Shown: positions 1 through 11,453, numbered from the stretch's first letter. The stretch: 64,000 bases of DNA from an uncultured Clostridia bacterium (GCA_904378095.1 CAJFHE010000002.1:20194-84193); one strand, 5' to 3'. The notes: generated by a model from the sequence alone, not told the origin. A program made the numbers and translations.

Positions 1-318
1 ACCATCCTCATACTTTTGTTGAACTAGCTCTATAAATGCTTGCGTACTTGGAATTATACAATTTTTTTCTTCTTCCACATCTTTTAATTTTACTTTTACT
101 GTTGTACTTCCTACTGTCATTTCAATTTTTTCTACATTTTCTTGATTTATCGCATCTATTAACTCTGTATATGAAAGTTCTTTTTCATCTGTCTCTTCAT
201 TATTTGTGGTTATAAAGTATATTCCAATTGCTAATGCAATCATTAATATAACAAGAACTGCAAGTAAAATATACTGTTTTTTATTATTTTGCTTATTATT
301 GTTTTGCTTCTCTTCCAT
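1..318 (-). CDS. ftsH: ATP-dependent zinc metalloprotease FtsH, N-terminal part (runs off window)
   Basis: Not in ORF track. ATG at 318, open to window edge: MEEKQNNN..., a TM helix, then ELSYTELIDAINQENVEKIEM, resembling the FtsH extracellular domain. AAA domain not visible. Confidence 0.6.
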   Translation of the reverse strand, partial: MEEKQNNNKQNNKKQYILLAVLVILMIALAIGIYFITTNNEETDEKELSYTELIDAINQENVEKIEMTVGSTTVKVKLKDVEEEKNCIIPSTQAFIELVQQKYEDG

Positions 319-350
319 TTATTTCTTCCTTTCACTTTTAGATTTAACCT

Positions 351-1427
351 CTAAGCATTTCCGCCTTCTGGTGTTTCTCCTATTTCTCCTTCTCCCTTGT
401 TTTTCTTTTTTTCTTCTCGCTCCTTCTTCTGTTTTTCCTTTTCCTTTTTTTTAGCTCTTTCTCTTTCTCTTCTTTCTTGTTCTTCCTTTTCTTTCTGCTC
501 TTCTTCTTTTCTTTTTAGCTCTTGTCTAACTCTTTCTTGCTCCTCAATTATTTTATTAAGCTCATACTGTTTTTTTATAACATCAGATTTTATCATTAGT
601 ATTGAAGTTATAATATATATTGAAGCTATTGCTGTGTACATAATTTGGAAATATTCTATTGTAAAACCTGTAAATCTATTAATTACAATGTAAATTATAT
701 TTAATAAAACTGGTAATGTCAAAGAATATGTAGCTATATTATATATAGCACTATATTTAAGTCTTAATCCAGCCAATCTGGTTACTATATATGCTAAAAT
801 TACAAGTAAAAATATGTCTATTAATATGCTTGAAAAATATATTATAAACATATAAATTAGCATAACAATAAAGAACGCTACTAAAAATGTGTACATAGTT
901 TGTCCAGATAAAATATTTATAATTTCCTGTTTATCTATTTTATTGATATTATACTCTTCTGAAATATCTTTATATGAATATTCCATCAATTTAGTAGATA
1001 ATTCCGTTTTTATTATTATTCTATCTTTCAAAAATAATATTCCATTATTTTGTTTACTAATTTTGTCAATAGTTTCCTGAATTTTTGCTTCTTCTGTCGT
1101 TTGTGTATTAATTATTATCTTGCTATTTATTATGTTATTAACATCAATTTCTGTAACTTCTTCGCCATTGGTTGGTATTACAGTCATTTGGTAATCTTCA
1201 TATTTTATTTCTGATATATTATTGTTAATATAATTTTTCGCTTGATTTATTAACTCATAAAACTGAGAAACATATATACAAGATATAACAATACTAAATA
1301 TTAGCATCAGTAAAACAATATAAATTATTGTTTTACTGATTTTTTCTGCTGCTAAATCTTGATAACCATCAAAATCAAATATGCTAATTTTAATTTTCTT
1401 GAAAAACGAAAGTTTATTTTTTTCCAC
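351..1427 (-). CDS. DUF1189-like membrane protein with charged C-terminal coiled coil
   Basis: One N-terminal TM, a soluble loop, several C-terminal TMs and a K/E-rich tail. Likely GTG start at 1427 after GAAGGGAG. Confidence 0.65.
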   Translation of the reverse strand: MEKNKLSFFKKIKISIFDFDGYQDLAAEKISKTIIYIVLLMLIFSIVISCIYVSQFYELINQAKNYINNNISEIKYEDYQMTVIPTNGEEVTEIDVNNIINSKIIINTQTTEEAKIQETIDKISKQNNGILFLKDRIIIKTELSTKLMEYSYKDISEEYNINKIDKQEIINILSGQTMYTFLVAFFIVMLIYMFIIYFSSILIDIFLLVILAYIVTRLAGLRLKYSAIYNIATYSLTLPVLLNIIYIVINRFTGFTIEYFQIMYTAIASIYIITSILMIKSDVIKKQYELNKIIEEQERVRQELKRKEEEQKEKEEQERRERERAKKKEKEKQKKEREEKKKNKGEGEIGETPEGGNA

Positions 1428-1468
1428 CTTTGTGCTCCCTTCGCTATTTATATATGCAGACACATATA

Positions 1469-2869
1469 TCAAATTTTTTCTACTGTCATTCCGTCTTTTG
1501 TATCTTTTACAATATAGCCTTTTACTTTAATCTCGTCTCTTAATTTATCTGAAAGAGCCCAATCTTTTTCTAGTCTGGCTTGTTTTCTTTGCTCTAACAA
1601 TTTCAATATTTCTTCTGGTACATCTACATTGTTTTGTTTTTTTAGATATTCTTCCGAATTTATTAATTCCAATCCCAATACTTTATCAAATTCTAATAAT
1701 AAATTAGCTATCTTGTAAGATTTTTTCTCGTTTCTTGCTATCTCCCATACTATGCCCATTGCAAGTGGCATATTTAAATCATCATTTACAGCTTCTAGAA
1801 ATCTTTTTTTATACTCGTCTATAATGTCATCGTCTATTTCTTCTTTTCCTTCTTTGTGTTTAAGATAATTCTCTCTTAGTCTATTTAAAGCTTTTTGCGA
1901 AGAATGTGCACCTTCAAATGTAAAATTTAACTTTGTTCTATAATGTGCAGTATAGCAAAATAGCTTATATGCTAATGCTTCTATTCCTTTTTCTTCTAAC
2001 TGACTAATAGTATATACATTTCCTAAACTTTTAGACATTTTGCCACCATTAACCTGCAAGAATTCAACATGCATCCATATTTTTGCTGGTATTTTCCCAA
2101 AAGCTCCTTTGCTTTGTGCAATCTCATTTTCGTGGTGTGTTGGTATATGGTCAACTCCTCCAGTATGAATGTCAAACACTTCACCCAAGTATTTTCTAGA
2201 CATTGCAGAGCACTCTAAATGCCATCCTGGATATGACTCTCCCCATGGACTATCCCACTTCATTATATGATTTTTTGGCGCTTTTATCCAAATTGCAAAA
2301 TCATATGGATTTCTTTTTTCTGGGTCTACATCTACTCTGGCACCAGCAATTTGGTCATCTATATTTCTATTTGAAAGCACAGGATATTTATCTAATTTAG
2401 AAACATCAAAATATATAGCAGAGCTGGTCTCGTATCCATAACCATTTTTTACTATTTTTTTTGCGAATTCTAACATATCTGGTATATGCTCTGTCGCTTT
2501 TGCGATAATCTCTGGCATCTCTATATTTAGTTTCTTCATATCTGCGAAGAAAGCATCTGTATAAAATTTAGCAATTTCATATGGGCTTTTATTTTCTTTT
2601 TTAGCCGCTTTTTCCATCTTGTCTTCGCCCTCATCACCATCTGACTCAAGGTGACCTACATCAGTAATATTCATTACATGTTTTAATGTATAACCATTAT
2701 ATTCTAAAACCCTTCTTAAGTTATCCATAAAGACATATGTCCTGAAATTACCTATATGTGCATAACTATACACAGTTGGTCCACAAGAATATATCCTAAC
2801 TTCACTCCCATTTAAGGGAGTAAAGTCTTCTTTTTGTTTTGTTAATGTATTATATAACTTTACTGTCAT
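1469..2869 (-). CDS. cysS: cysteine--tRNA ligase
   Basis: CGPTVY, HIGN, PGWHLECSAM and KMSKS motifs. Confidence 0.98.
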   Translation of the reverse strand: MTVKLYNTLTKQKEDFTPLNGSEVRIYSCGPTVYSYAHIGNFRTYVFMDNLRRVLEYNGYTLKHVMNITDVGHLESDGDEGEDKMEKAAKKENKSPYEIAKFYTDAFFADMKKLNIEMPEIIAKATEHIPDMLEFAKKIVKNGYGYETSSAIYFDVSKLDKYPVLSNRNIDDQIAGARVDVDPEKRNPYDFAIWIKAPKNHIMKWDSPWGESYPGWHLECSAMSRKYLGEVFDIHTGGVDHIPTHHENEIAQSKGAFGKIPAKIWMHVEFLQVNGGKMSKSLGNVYTISQLEEKGIEALAYKLFCYTAHYRTKLNFTFEGAHSSQKALNRLRENYLKHKEGKEEIDDDIIDEYKKRFLEAVNDDLNMPLAMGIVWEIARNEKKSYKIANLLLEFDKVLGLELINSEEYLKKQNNVDVPEEILKLLEQRKQARLEKDWALSDKLRDEIKVKGYIVKDTKDGMTVEKI

Positions 2870-2924
2870 AAAACCTCCAAATATTTAATTTTATTATGTC
2901 TTCTGTTTATAATCATCAACATAT

Positions 2925-5609
2925 TTATACCACAGTATTTGTATCTACAATTGTATTTGTGTCAACAACTGTATTAGTTCCTCCTATTTCGTTTGCTCCT
3001 GGGTCACTTGGCTCTTCTGTTGGTGGCGGCATAGTAGCTACTTCATTTACTGTTATAGTAATTGCATCACCCTTCTTTAACGCTGTTCCTTCTGCGACAC
3101 TTTGCTTTAATACAACTCCATTTGCCTTTGTCGAGTCAGTTTCATAAACAACTGTAATTGTTAAACCACTTAGCGCCTGTCTAGCTTCCGCTTCTGTTTT
3201 GCCAACCACATTTGGAACTGTTACTCCCATTGTCGCTTCTGTATGAATATCACAAGTTTCTGTAATTTCTTTATATTTATTTCCTACACTTGTTTTCCAA
3301 GATGGATTAACTTCTTTTTCTGGCGTTGATAAATATGTCTTTTTTTCTGTCTCTGGGCAGAACTCTGTTGCAAGTTTTCCTGTTTCTTTACAAATGTCTA
3401 CAGTTTTGTGTCCATCACATTTTCCTGGAACTGTTCCAGACACAAATTGCTCTGTATAAGTACGTGTACATTCATCTGTTGCTGCTCTTCCAGAATCCAT
3501 ACATATTTCTGCTTTTACAATATTGCTTGGTCTTTCAAACCTCTTGCCTTCTAAGTCTTCATGTATATCTGTCATTATTGCATCCCATATAGTTAGTGCC
3601 GGATTAGACATGCCTCTATTACCAAAGGCTATAGTCTCTGGCTCATCATATCCAAACCAAGTTGCACCAGCATAATATGGAGTAAATCCACAAAGCCATC
3701 TATCTTTCATACTTGTTGTTGTACCTGTTTTAGCTGCAACATCCATTCCAGATATTGCACAAGACCCAGCTGTACCATTAACCCCTGTAACAGGTGCTGT
3801 TAATATACTAGATAAAATATATGCATTTCCTTCAGACATTACTCTTTTTGTCTCTTGTTTTGTTTCTAATATAACATTACCATTGCTATCTTCTACCTTA
3901 GTATAGAAAGTTGGCTCAATATATTCTCCGCCATTTGCAATCATAGCATAACCTGCAGCCATTTGTAGTGGTGTTGTTCCGTTTTCAGAGCCACCTAATG
4001 CTAAGCTTAGTATTTCATCTTTTTCATTAAATTGAGTCATCCCAATCTCATTTAAAAATTCTACTCCTCTGCTAGTACCTACATTAGATAATATTTTTAT
4101 GTTTACAATATTAGAAGAAACTTCTATTGCTTTTCTAACTGTAATTAATCCAAAATAACCTGTTGAATTACCAGGAGAATAAGGTGGATTTCCTCCAAAG
4201 TTAGTTTTAGAGTCATCATATACCGTTGCAGCAGTTATAACACCATCTTCTAATCCTGGTGCTACTGCTACCAATGGTTTAATTGACGAACCTGGTTGTC
4301 TTCCTCCAGCATCCATCGAAGTTGCTCTATTCAATCCGTATGTAGGAGAATCATCACCAAGACCTCCAACACATCCCACTACTTGACCATTTGTATGGTC
4401 TATTATTACCATACCTGATTGTGAATGTGCATCTTCTTCTTTACCTTTTTTAGTAGTTGCATCTTTAATGTATTTATCTTTTAAGTACTCTTCTTCCATT
4501 CTGTCTTGTATGTCAGAATTTTGAGTTGTATATATTCTATAACCATTGTTGTAAACCATTGTATAAGCTCTCTCGTAATCCACATCATGTTCTTCCATTA
4601 AGTCTTCAATAACTTCATTTATAGCCTCTACCTCTAAGAATGACAAATCGGATTTTTCAGAGAAGTTACCTTGTTTAAATTTTAGACCTTCATCAACTTC
4701 TGCTATTGCTGCATCATATTCTTCTTGAGTTATAAATGGTACTCCGTTTTCATCTTCTACTTCTAACATTTTTCCAAGTACTAATTTAGTTTTATTATTT
4801 ATTGTTTCGGTTTTATCCTCTTCACCAAATGGGTTATAATAATTTGGCGAATCATTTATTCCGGCTAAAAATGCTGCTTCTGCTAAGCTCAAATCTTTTG
4901 CAGATTTGCTAAAATAATACTTAGCTCCACTTTCCACACCATAACATTGTCCACCAACAAATATTTCATTTAAGTATAACTCTAATATTTGGCTCTTTGA
5001 TAACATTTGCTCTACTTTATATGCACGTGACCATTCTCTTATTTTTCTAGCAATGCTGTCATCATCATCTTCCATTAAGTTTTTAACCAATTGCTGTGTT
5101 ATAGTACTTCCACCAAATGATGAGCTACCACCATTTGTTATATATGTAAATATTGCACCTGCTGTTCTGTATAAATCTATTCCACTATGTTTATAGAATC
5201 TTTCATCTTCAATTGCCACATATGCTTTTGGTATGTATTCACCCATTTCGTTTAAAGGAATAATTTTTCTATTTTCCTCACCTGCCAATTCATGGAGTTG
5301 ATTTCCTTCACTATCATATGTAATTGAGTTTTGCATTTTTATTACTAGATTATCTTCTGTTATATTCCATGTATCACCAAAGAATATAGCCGCAAAAACC
5401 CCAACCGCTGCTAAACACAACAATATACATACGATAATAAATATTTTTATAAATTTTCGTAATTTAGGATGTTTTCTGTTTTTCTTTTTCTCTTCTTTTT
5501 TCAATTTTTTTGCTTCTTTTTTTGGATTCGTTTTTTTAGTGCTTTCCTTTTTTGGAGTCTCTGGTGTTTTAATATTGTATTTTTTAGTTTTATCATCGTC
5601 TATGTCCAT
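2925..5609 (-). CDS. class A penicillin-binding protein (transglycosylase/transpeptidase) with C-terminal PASTA domain
   Basis: EDERFYKH, GGSTITQQL, PGSSIKP (SxxK), SSN (SxN), KTGT and VPNVVGK PASTA repeat. Confidence 0.93.
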   Translation of the reverse strand: MDIDDDKTKKYNIKTPETPKKESTKKTNPKKEAKKLKKEEKKKNRKHPKLRKFIKIFIIVCILLCLAAVGVFAAIFFGDTWNITEDNLVIKMQNSITYDSEGNQLHELAGEENRKIIPLNEMGEYIPKAYVAIEDERFYKHSGIDLYRTAGAIFTYITNGGSSSFGGSTITQQLVKNLMEDDDDSIARKIREWSRAYKVEQMLSKSQILELYLNEIFVGGQCYGVESGAKYYFSKSAKDLSLAEAAFLAGINDSPNYYNPFGEEDKTETINNKTKLVLGKMLEVEDENGVPFITQEEYDAAIAEVDEGLKFKQGNFSEKSDLSFLEVEAINEVIEDLMEEHDVDYERAYTMVYNNGYRIYTTQNSDIQDRMEEEYLKDKYIKDATTKKGKEEDAHSQSGMVIIDHTNGQVVGCVGGLGDDSPTYGLNRATSMDAGGRQPGSSIKPLVAVAPGLEDGVITAATVYDDSKTNFGGNPPYSPGNSTGYFGLITVRKAIEVSSNIVNIKILSNVGTSRGVEFLNEIGMTQFNEKDEILSLALGGSENGTTPLQMAAGYAMIANGGEYIEPTFYTKVEDSNGNVILETKQETKRVMSEGNAYILSSILTAPVTGVNGTAGSCAISGMDVAAKTGTTTSMKDRWLCGFTPYYAGATWFGYDEPETIAFGNRGMSNPALTIWDAIMTDIHEDLEGKRFERPSNIVKAEICMDSGRAATDECTRTYTEQFVSGTVPGKCDGHKTVDICKETGKLATEFCPETEKKTYLSTPEKEVNPSWKTSVGNKYKEITETCDIHTEATMGVTVPNVVGKTEAEARQALSGLTITVVYETDSTKANGVVLKQSVAEGTALKKGDAITITVNEVATMPPPTEEPSDPGANEIGGTNTVVDTNTIVDTNTVV

Positions 5610-5761
5610 GATAAACCTCCTTTGATATTAATATATTTATCATGCTGTACAAAAAATTACTCATTTATTATATAATATATTGAAAAAAAAGAAAAGCTTT
5701 TTCATAAATTTTTAAGAAATGGTCATTAAATGGTTGCAATTTTGCCATATAAACCCGAAAC

Positions 5762-5789
5762 GAGGGAGCAGATTTAAATCTGCTCCCTC
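5762..5789 (-). terminator. hairpin downstream of pnp
   Basis: GAGGGAGCAGAT-TTAA-ATCTGCTCCCTC perfect inverted repeat. Confidence 0.6.
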
Positions 5790-5800
5790 ATATTTTAATA

Positions 5801-7927
5801 TTATATCTCTTTTTCTGCTCTGTTTCCGGCTTCTAAATCCTTCATGCTAAGATTAATTCTTCCTTGATGGTCTATGTCACTTACTTTTACAGTTACTTCA
5901 TCACCTACAGAAAGTACATCTTCTACTTTATCTACTCTTCTACTAGAAATTTTTGAAATATGAAGTAGCCCTTCTTTTCCTCCACCTAAGTCAACAAATG
6001 CCCCAAATGACATTATTTTTGTAACAACTCCATCATATATTCCGCCAACTTCTATTTCTCTAACTATGTCTTCTATCATCTTCATTGCTTTTTTAGCATT
6101 TTCCACATCATTAGAGTAGACACAAACTCTTCCGTCTTCTTCAATATCTATTTTTACGCCTGTTTCATCAATTATTTTATTTATCGTTTTTCCGCCTGCT
6201 CCTATTACATCTTTTATTTTGTCTACATTAATTTGTGTTGTAAGAATTCTAGGTGCATATTTAGAAATTTCAGCTCTTGGCTTGTCTATTACTGGAAGCA
6301 TTATTTCATCTAATATATAATCTCTTGCAACTTTTGTTCTTTCAAATGCTTCTTTTATAATGTCATATGTTAATCCATCTATTTTTATATCAACTTGTAT
6401 AGCTGTGATACCATCTTTCGTACCACCAACTTTAAAGTCCATATCTCCAAAGAAGTCTTCTATTCCTTGAATATCAGTAAGCATTATATATCTATTTGAA
6501 TCGCTTCTATCTGTAACAAGTCCTGTTGAGATACCTGCAACTGGTTTCTTTATCGGAACACCAGCATCCATTAAAGCTAATGTACTTCCACAAATACTTG
6601 CTTGTGATGTTGAGCCATTTGAAGATAGTACTTCAGATACAACTCTTATTGCATATGGGAATTCATCTTCTGATGGAATTACTGGAACTAGTGCTTTTTC
6701 TGCCAAAGCTCCATGTCCTATTTCTCTTCTACCAGGTCCTCTTGATGGTCTTGCTTCCCCTACTGAATATGATGGGAAATTGTATTGATGCATATATCTT
6801 TTTGACTCTTCTTCATCAATTCCGTCAAGCATTTGCTCCTCGCTCATCATTCCAAGTGTTACAACAGACATAACTTGAGTTTGTCCTCTTGTAAATATTG
6901 CGCTACCATGTGTACGTGGAAGTACTCCTACTTCACAAGATAGTGGTCTAATTTCATCTATTTTTCTTCCATCTGGACGTTTGTGCTCCTCTAGTATCAT
7001 TTCTCTTACACAAGCTTTTTCCAAATCATGTACACTATCTGCGATGTCCATTTTTCTTTCTTCTGCTTCGTCTTCTCCATATTTTTCTACTACATACGCT
7101 GTGATATCTTCTGTAATTTTATCAATATTTGCGTCCCTTACTTCTTTATCTGTAGCTTGTACATCTTGGTACATTCTGTCTTTAAAATGCTCTACTATAT
7201 CTTGATAAAAATCTGCATCAACAGCAAATGACTTGTACTCAAATTTTGGCTTTCCGATTTCAGCTTGAATATCTGATATGAAATGACAAATATTTTTGAT
7301 TTCTTCATGCGCTTTCTTTATTGCTTCTAGCATTGTCTCATTTGGTATTTCATCTGCTCCTGCTTCAATCATTGTAATTTTTTCTAGAGTTCCTGCCACT
7401 GTTGCAGTTATTTTACTTTTTTCTCTTTGTGCTACAGTTGGGTTTATAACTATTTTCCCATCTACCCATCCTACATTTACTGCTGCTGTAGGTCCTCCAA
7501 ATGGTATGTCAGAAATTGAAAGTGCTGCAGACGCACCAATCATGGCACATACTTCTGGGCTATTATCTTGCTCTACAGATAGCACTGTTGCTGTAACACA
7601 CACATCATTTCTAAAATCCTTTGGGAATAATGGACGAAGTGGTCTATCTATTGCTCTTGATGTAAGAATTGCCTTGTCTGATGGCTTTCCTTCCCTTTTT
7701 GTAAAACTTCCAGGTATTTTACCTACTGCATATAGCTTTTCCTCATAATCTACTGAAAGTGGGAAGAAATCGATTCCTTCCTTTGGCTCTTTTGCAGCTG
7801 TAACATTTACCATTACAACTGTATCTCCATATTTTACAACTACACTTCCATTTGCAAGTCCTGCAATCTTTCCAGTCTCAATTGTTAGCTCTCTTCCTGC
7901 TAAATTTGTACTATAACTTTTAAACAT
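5801..7927 (-). CDS. pnp: polyribonucleotide nucleotidyltransferase
   Basis: [17 protein letters not shown] and GDMDFKV motifs, plus KH and S1 domains. Confidence 0.98.
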   Translation of the reverse strand: MFKSYSTNLAGRELTIETGKIAGLANGSVVVKYGDTVVMVNVTAAKEPKEGIDFFPLSVDYEEKLYAVGKIPGSFTKREGKPSDKAILTSRAIDRPLRPLFPKDFRNDVCVTATVLSVEQDNSPEVCAMIGASAALSISDIPFGGPTAAVNVGWVDGKIVINPTVAQREKSKITATVAGTLEKITMIEAGADEIPNETMLEAIKKAHEEIKNICHFISDIQAEIGKPKFEYKSFAVDADFYQDIVEHFKDRMYQDVQATDKEVRDANIDKITEDITAYVVEKYGEDEAEERKMDIADSVHDLEKACVREMILEEHKRPDGRKIDEIRPLSCEVGVLPRTHGSAIFTRGQTQVMSVVTLGMMSEEQMLDGIDEEESKRYMHQYNFPSYSVGEARPSRGPGRREIGHGALAEKALVPVIPSEDEFPYAIRVVSEVLSSNGSTSQASICGSTLALMDAGVPIKKPVAGISTGLVTDRSDSNRYIMLTDIQGIEDFFGDMDFKVGGTKDGITAIQVDIKIDGLTYDIIKEAFERTKVARDYILDEIMLPVIDKPRAEISKYAPRILTTQINVDKIKDVIGAGGKTINKIIDETGVKIDIEEDGRVCVYSNDVENAKKAMKMIEDIVREIEVGGIYDGVVTKIMSFGAFVDLGGGKEGLLHISKISSRRVDKVEDVLSVGDEVTVKVSDIDHQGRINLSMKDLEAGNRAEKEI

Positions 7928-7997
7928 AATTTTTTGTTCCTTTCCTTTTTATATTTAATTAATAGCACTTTAATTAGTTGTAACCTCTATACTATGC

Positions 7998-8050
7998 TGT
8001 CGCTATAGGGACAGGCCTAAAAACGACAAAGTTGTCGTTTTGGGGACAGG
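7998..8050. repeat. dispersed ~53-bp palindromic REP-like element, copy 1
   Basis: TGTCGCTATAGGGACAGGCCTAAAAACGACAAAGTTGTCGTTTTGGGGACAGG, with near-identical copies at 44457, 45355 (inverted) and 58258. Confidence 0.9.
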
Positions 8051-8194
8051 CTTAACCAGTTCTTATACATGTAGTTATTTAGAATAGCACAGTATACAAG
8101 CTACTTACTAATTTTTTGTGCTAATAATTATTTTACATTTTACTTAATAAGTGGACGTCAGGCTTAAAAGCCAAAACGCCCACTAAAATAACAA

Positions 8195-8458
8195 CTATTT
8201 TCTTAAACCTAATTTTTCAACTATGTCTCTGTATCTTTGAACATCTTTTCTAGCTAAGTAGTTTAGTAAATTTCTTCTTGAACCTACCATTTTTAAAAGA
8301 CCTCTTCTTGAATGGTTATCTTTTTTATGAACTTTAAGATGCTCTGTTAATTCATTAATTCTTTCTGTTAGAAGAGCTATTTGAACCTCTGGAGAACCAG
8401 TATCTTTTTCATCTCTTCTATAAGTTTTAATTATTTCTTGTTTTCTTTCTACTGTCAT
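8195..8458 (-). CDS. rpsO: 30S ribosomal protein S15
   Basis: [13 protein letters not shown] and [18 protein letters not shown] at 8458 follows AGGAGG. Confidence 0.98.
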   Translation of the reverse strand: MTVERKQEIIKTYRRDEKDTGSPEVQIALLTERINELTEHLKVHKKDNHSRRGLLKMVGSRRNLLNYLARKDVQRYRDIVEKLGLRK

Positions 8459-8464
8459 AATTGC

Positions 8465-8535
8465 ACCTCCTATTTTTTTATTTGCCTTAAACTGAGTTAA
8501 AGTGGTGTCATAACCTAAAACTAAGTATAAGGTAT
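8465..8535 (-). promoter_or_regulatory. probable S15 autoregulatory mRNA leader
   Basis: Minus strand CCTTATACT...GACACC...AGTTTAAGG pairs into a stem just upstream of the rpsO RBS, the known position of Firmicute S15 leaders. Confidence 0.5.
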
Positions 8536-8614
8536 CTATTAACATAGAGTATTGTACCATAGATTGGCAGAAAAAGCAAGAGTTTTAAATAAATTCATAG
8601 GCAAAAATCTCCTA

Positions 8615-9319
8615 TTATATCAATACCAAAACCGCCAAAATCATGGCTTTTATAATTGTTACCGTAATCAGCTGAAAATTTGTAAGCGGAATTCCTATTT
8701 TATTTAACTCTGCAAATTTATTTACTAGTATTTCAATTTCTTCATCTGTAACATTCTTGCTGTCCTGCTGGTAATCTTTCATATACTCCTTAGCAACGTA
8801 TATCGCTTTGCTCATTGCTTCATTTTCTAAGTACATGCGTACTGTACAATATATTATTCCTAATATAAAAAATGTTTGTATAAAAATCATTGAATTTCCA
8901 ATATCAAACAATATCAAGAAAATTGCAACTATAAAATATAACAAGAATACATTTGAAAATATAAAGTTAAATAACAGTATTTTTCTGTTTTGTACAGAAT
9001 GCAAGCATTCATGAGCAATTGTTTGAATTCGTGTAAAAGTATCTTGTATATCTGCTATTATTATTTTGTTTGAAATAGCTATGTATAAGCTAGTTTTTGA
9101 GTCTTTATCTTCTTCTATTTTTACGTCTTTATTGTTTAACTTTTCTAATATGTTTTTGCATATTTCTATATTCGTTGGAAATTTATTTCCTATTTTATTT
9201 AATTCTTTGTCATAACCAATTTCTTTTATTTTTTGTACATCGTTAAAATGTATATTTAATCCTATTTTGAGTAAAATAATCGCTATTACGTTTATTATAA
9301 TAATTACTATATATTCCAT
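8615..9319 (-). CDS. membrane zinc metallopeptidase (HExxH)
   Basis: IAHECLHSVQ, downstream LENEA and TM segments. Confidence 0.75.
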   Translation of the reverse strand: MEYIVIIIINVIAIILLKIGLNIHFNDVQKIKEIGYDKELNKIGNKFPTNIEICKNILEKLNNKDVKIEEDKDSKTSLYIAISNKIIIADIQDTFTRIQTIAHECLHSVQNRKILLFNFIFSNVFLLYFIVAIFLILFDIGNSMIFIQTFFILGIIYCTVRMYLENEAMSKAIYVAKEYMKDYQQDSKNVTDEEIEILVNKFAELNKIGIPLTNFQLITVTIIKAMILAVLVLI

Positions 9320-9393
9320 TTGTTATCTCTCCTTCTATACTTTAAAAGTATATCAAAAGCTAAATAACAACAATTTTCCATATAATATTGACA

Positions 9394-9726
9394 TTAGAGT
9401 ACGTCTCTAATTGCTTCTGCTATTATTTTATTTACATCAGCAATCATCACATTAAACTTCACTTCTAAATCGAAGTATTGCTTTATTTGATTATCTTGAA
9501 CAAGCATTGCATACATTTCTTCCAGTTTTTTTGCCTTTGTTTCGTCTTTACCTTCCCCAGTGTATTGCATTAATTGAACTTCATACCTTAACTGTTCAAA
9601 GTCTTCTACCTTTTTCTTTGAATCTGGATTTGACATTACTGCCTCTTTTGTTTTTTTATATTCTTTATATTCGTCAGATTCTTGTATCTCACGAGCCAAT
9701 CTATTCGCTGTATCATAAACGTTCAT
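9394..9726 (-). CDS. YlbF/YmcA-family regulator
   Basis: MNVYDTANRLAREIQESDEY N-terminus, ~110 aa, helical. Confidence 0.85.
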   Translation of the reverse strand: MNVYDTANRLAREIQESDEYKEYKKTKEAVMSNPDSKKKVEDFEQLRYEVQLMQYTGEGKDETKAKKLEEMYAMLVQDNQIKQYFDLEVKFNVMIADVNKIIAEAIRDVL

Positions 9727-9902
9727 TGTATTATCTCTCCTTTTATTTTAAGGGCTGTCCCTTTGGACAAATACGCCTGTTCCCAAATTCCACATTAAGC
9801 ATAAGCATGCTTTTTCTTGAATGCTAGTAAATTTGTAATCTCTCTTTCCGTATTTTTCGCTTTTGTGGTTTTCTTTGCCTTTTCTTGTGCAATTTGCTCT
9901 GC

Positions 9903-11066
9903 TCAGATTGCTTTTTCATATATATAGTGAGTATCTTGTGCAATTTTATTCCAATTGAATTCTTCTTTTACCTTTGCTTTTGCTTTTTTAGCTACATTTG
10001 CTGCAAGTTGCTGGTCAAATAATAAGCTTAAAACAGAATCTGCTATAGAGTTTGGATTTCCTGCATAGCTCTTCATTCCATCTACTCTATGCTCTACTAT
10101 TTCATTTAATCCACCTATATCTGATACAACTGTTGGCACTCCAGCCAGCATTGCTTCTAATGCCACTATGCCAAATGGCTCATATGTACTTGGGAATACT
10201 GCCACATCTGCACATTTATACATTTTTTGTACTTGTTTTGCATTTAAATATCCCGTAAAATATACTTTATTTGAAAGTCCCATATTGTTTGCCTGTGCCT
10301 TTAATTCGTCAAGCATTCCGCCTTTTCCTGCAATAATTAATTTTGCATCATGATAATTCTCTAAAATTTTTGGCATAGCTGAAATTAGATGTTGTACACC
10401 TTTTTCATACACAAGTCTTCCCATATATAAAATTATTTTTTCGTTATCCATTGCATATTGTCTTCTAAAGTCGTAATCTCTATCTATGCCAGTAAAATTA
10501 TTTAAATTTATTCCATTTGGTACCACATTTATTTTATCAAATGGAAGTCCAAATAAGCCTTGTACATGGCCTTTCATATAATTGCTATTAACTATAACCT
10601 CTGTAGATTCATATGTTAATAACCACTCTGTATCATTTATATATCTTTGTGTTTCATCATGTATGCCAGAATTTCTGCCAGATTCTGTTGCATGAATTGT
10701 AGAAACCACTGGTATGTCAAATGAATTTTTTAGTGTTTTAGCAGCATTTGCAACTAGCCAATCATGTGCATGAATAACATCAAACTTTCCGTTTTTGTTC
10801 ATTATCTCTGTTGCTTTAGCTACTAAATTAAAGTTTAACTGTAAAATCCAATCTATAAAGTTATTTGGATGTATCATATAGTTGTCTACTCGATATACAT
10901 CTACACCTTTATCGTTCTCATAATATGGCACATCTCCATCTTTATATGTTACTACAGTAACTTCATGTCCATCTTTAATTAATCTTTTCGACAAGTCATG
11001 TACAACTCTAGCAATTCCCCCAATTATTCTTGGTGGATATTCCCATGTAAGCATTAATATTTTCAT
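9903..11066 (-). CDS. glycosyltransferase family 4 protein
   Basis: MKILMLTWEYPP, HAHDW and YEPFGIVALEAM. Ends at TGA, but the frame stays open to 9795. Confidence 0.92.
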   Translation of the reverse strand: MKILMLTWEYPPRIIGGIARVVHDLSKRLIKDGHEVTVVTYKDGDVPYYENDKGVDVYRVDNYMIHPNNFIDWILQLNFNLVAKATEIMNKNGKFDVIHAHDWLVANAAKTLKNSFDIPVVSTIHATESGRNSGIHDETQRYINDTEWLLTYESTEVIVNSNYMKGHVQGLFGLPFDKINVVPNGINLNNFTGIDRDYDFRRQYAMDNEKIILYMGRLVYEKGVQHLISAMPKILENYHDAKLIIAGKGGMLDELKAQANNMGLSNKVYFTGYLNAKQVQKMYKCADVAVFPSTYEPFGIVALEAMLAGVPTVVSDIGGLNEIVEHRVDGMKSYAGNPNSIADSVLSLLFDQQLAANVAKKAKAKVKEEFNWNKIAQDTHYIYEKAI

Positions 11067-11388
11067 TGGCAAAGGCCCCTTTCATCTTTTTTCTTTTGAT
11101 TTTTCTCTTAAAATTTTAGCTGGATATATTTTATACAAAAATATTACAAAAGTAAACAATTTTTGAGAAAATTTTTGAAGAAATTAAATTCTTTTAAAGC
11201 ACTTTCATTTTGCTTGACAATTTACAAGTATATCAACGCCTTTCGTTATATTATACAAGCATATTGTATAATATATATGTTTTTTTGACTATATCTATAT
11301 TAAAAGTTTTAGCTTTAAGGCAGTGGTAGGTGAGAAGCGAGCCCAGATATATTGGAATTATAAGCTGAGACTGCCAACACACGCAACA

Positions 11389-11417
11389 CTAGACATAGCT
11401 TTTGTGCTATGTCTAGT
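11389..11417. terminator. strong hairpin, possibly a bidirectional terminator
   Basis: CTAGACATAGC-TTTTGT-GCTATGTCTAG followed by a T-rich tract on the + strand. Confidence 0.7.
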
Positions 11418-11453
11418 TGTTCATTTTCTCTTTCTTTTCTACAGATTACAGAA

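Noticed and set aside
2925-2980. TNTVVD-like 18-bp repeat at the PBP C-terminus
   Set aside because: A short low-complexity tail, common in PBPs, with no further structure.
9903-9905. Genome-wide TGA reassignment (code 4/25)
   Set aside because: TGA ends cysS, rel and sigF at their expected C-termini.
11319-11376. Atypical or frameshift-suppressor tRNA
   Set aside because: Only about 58 nt, with no T-loop (TTCG) or D-arm consensus.
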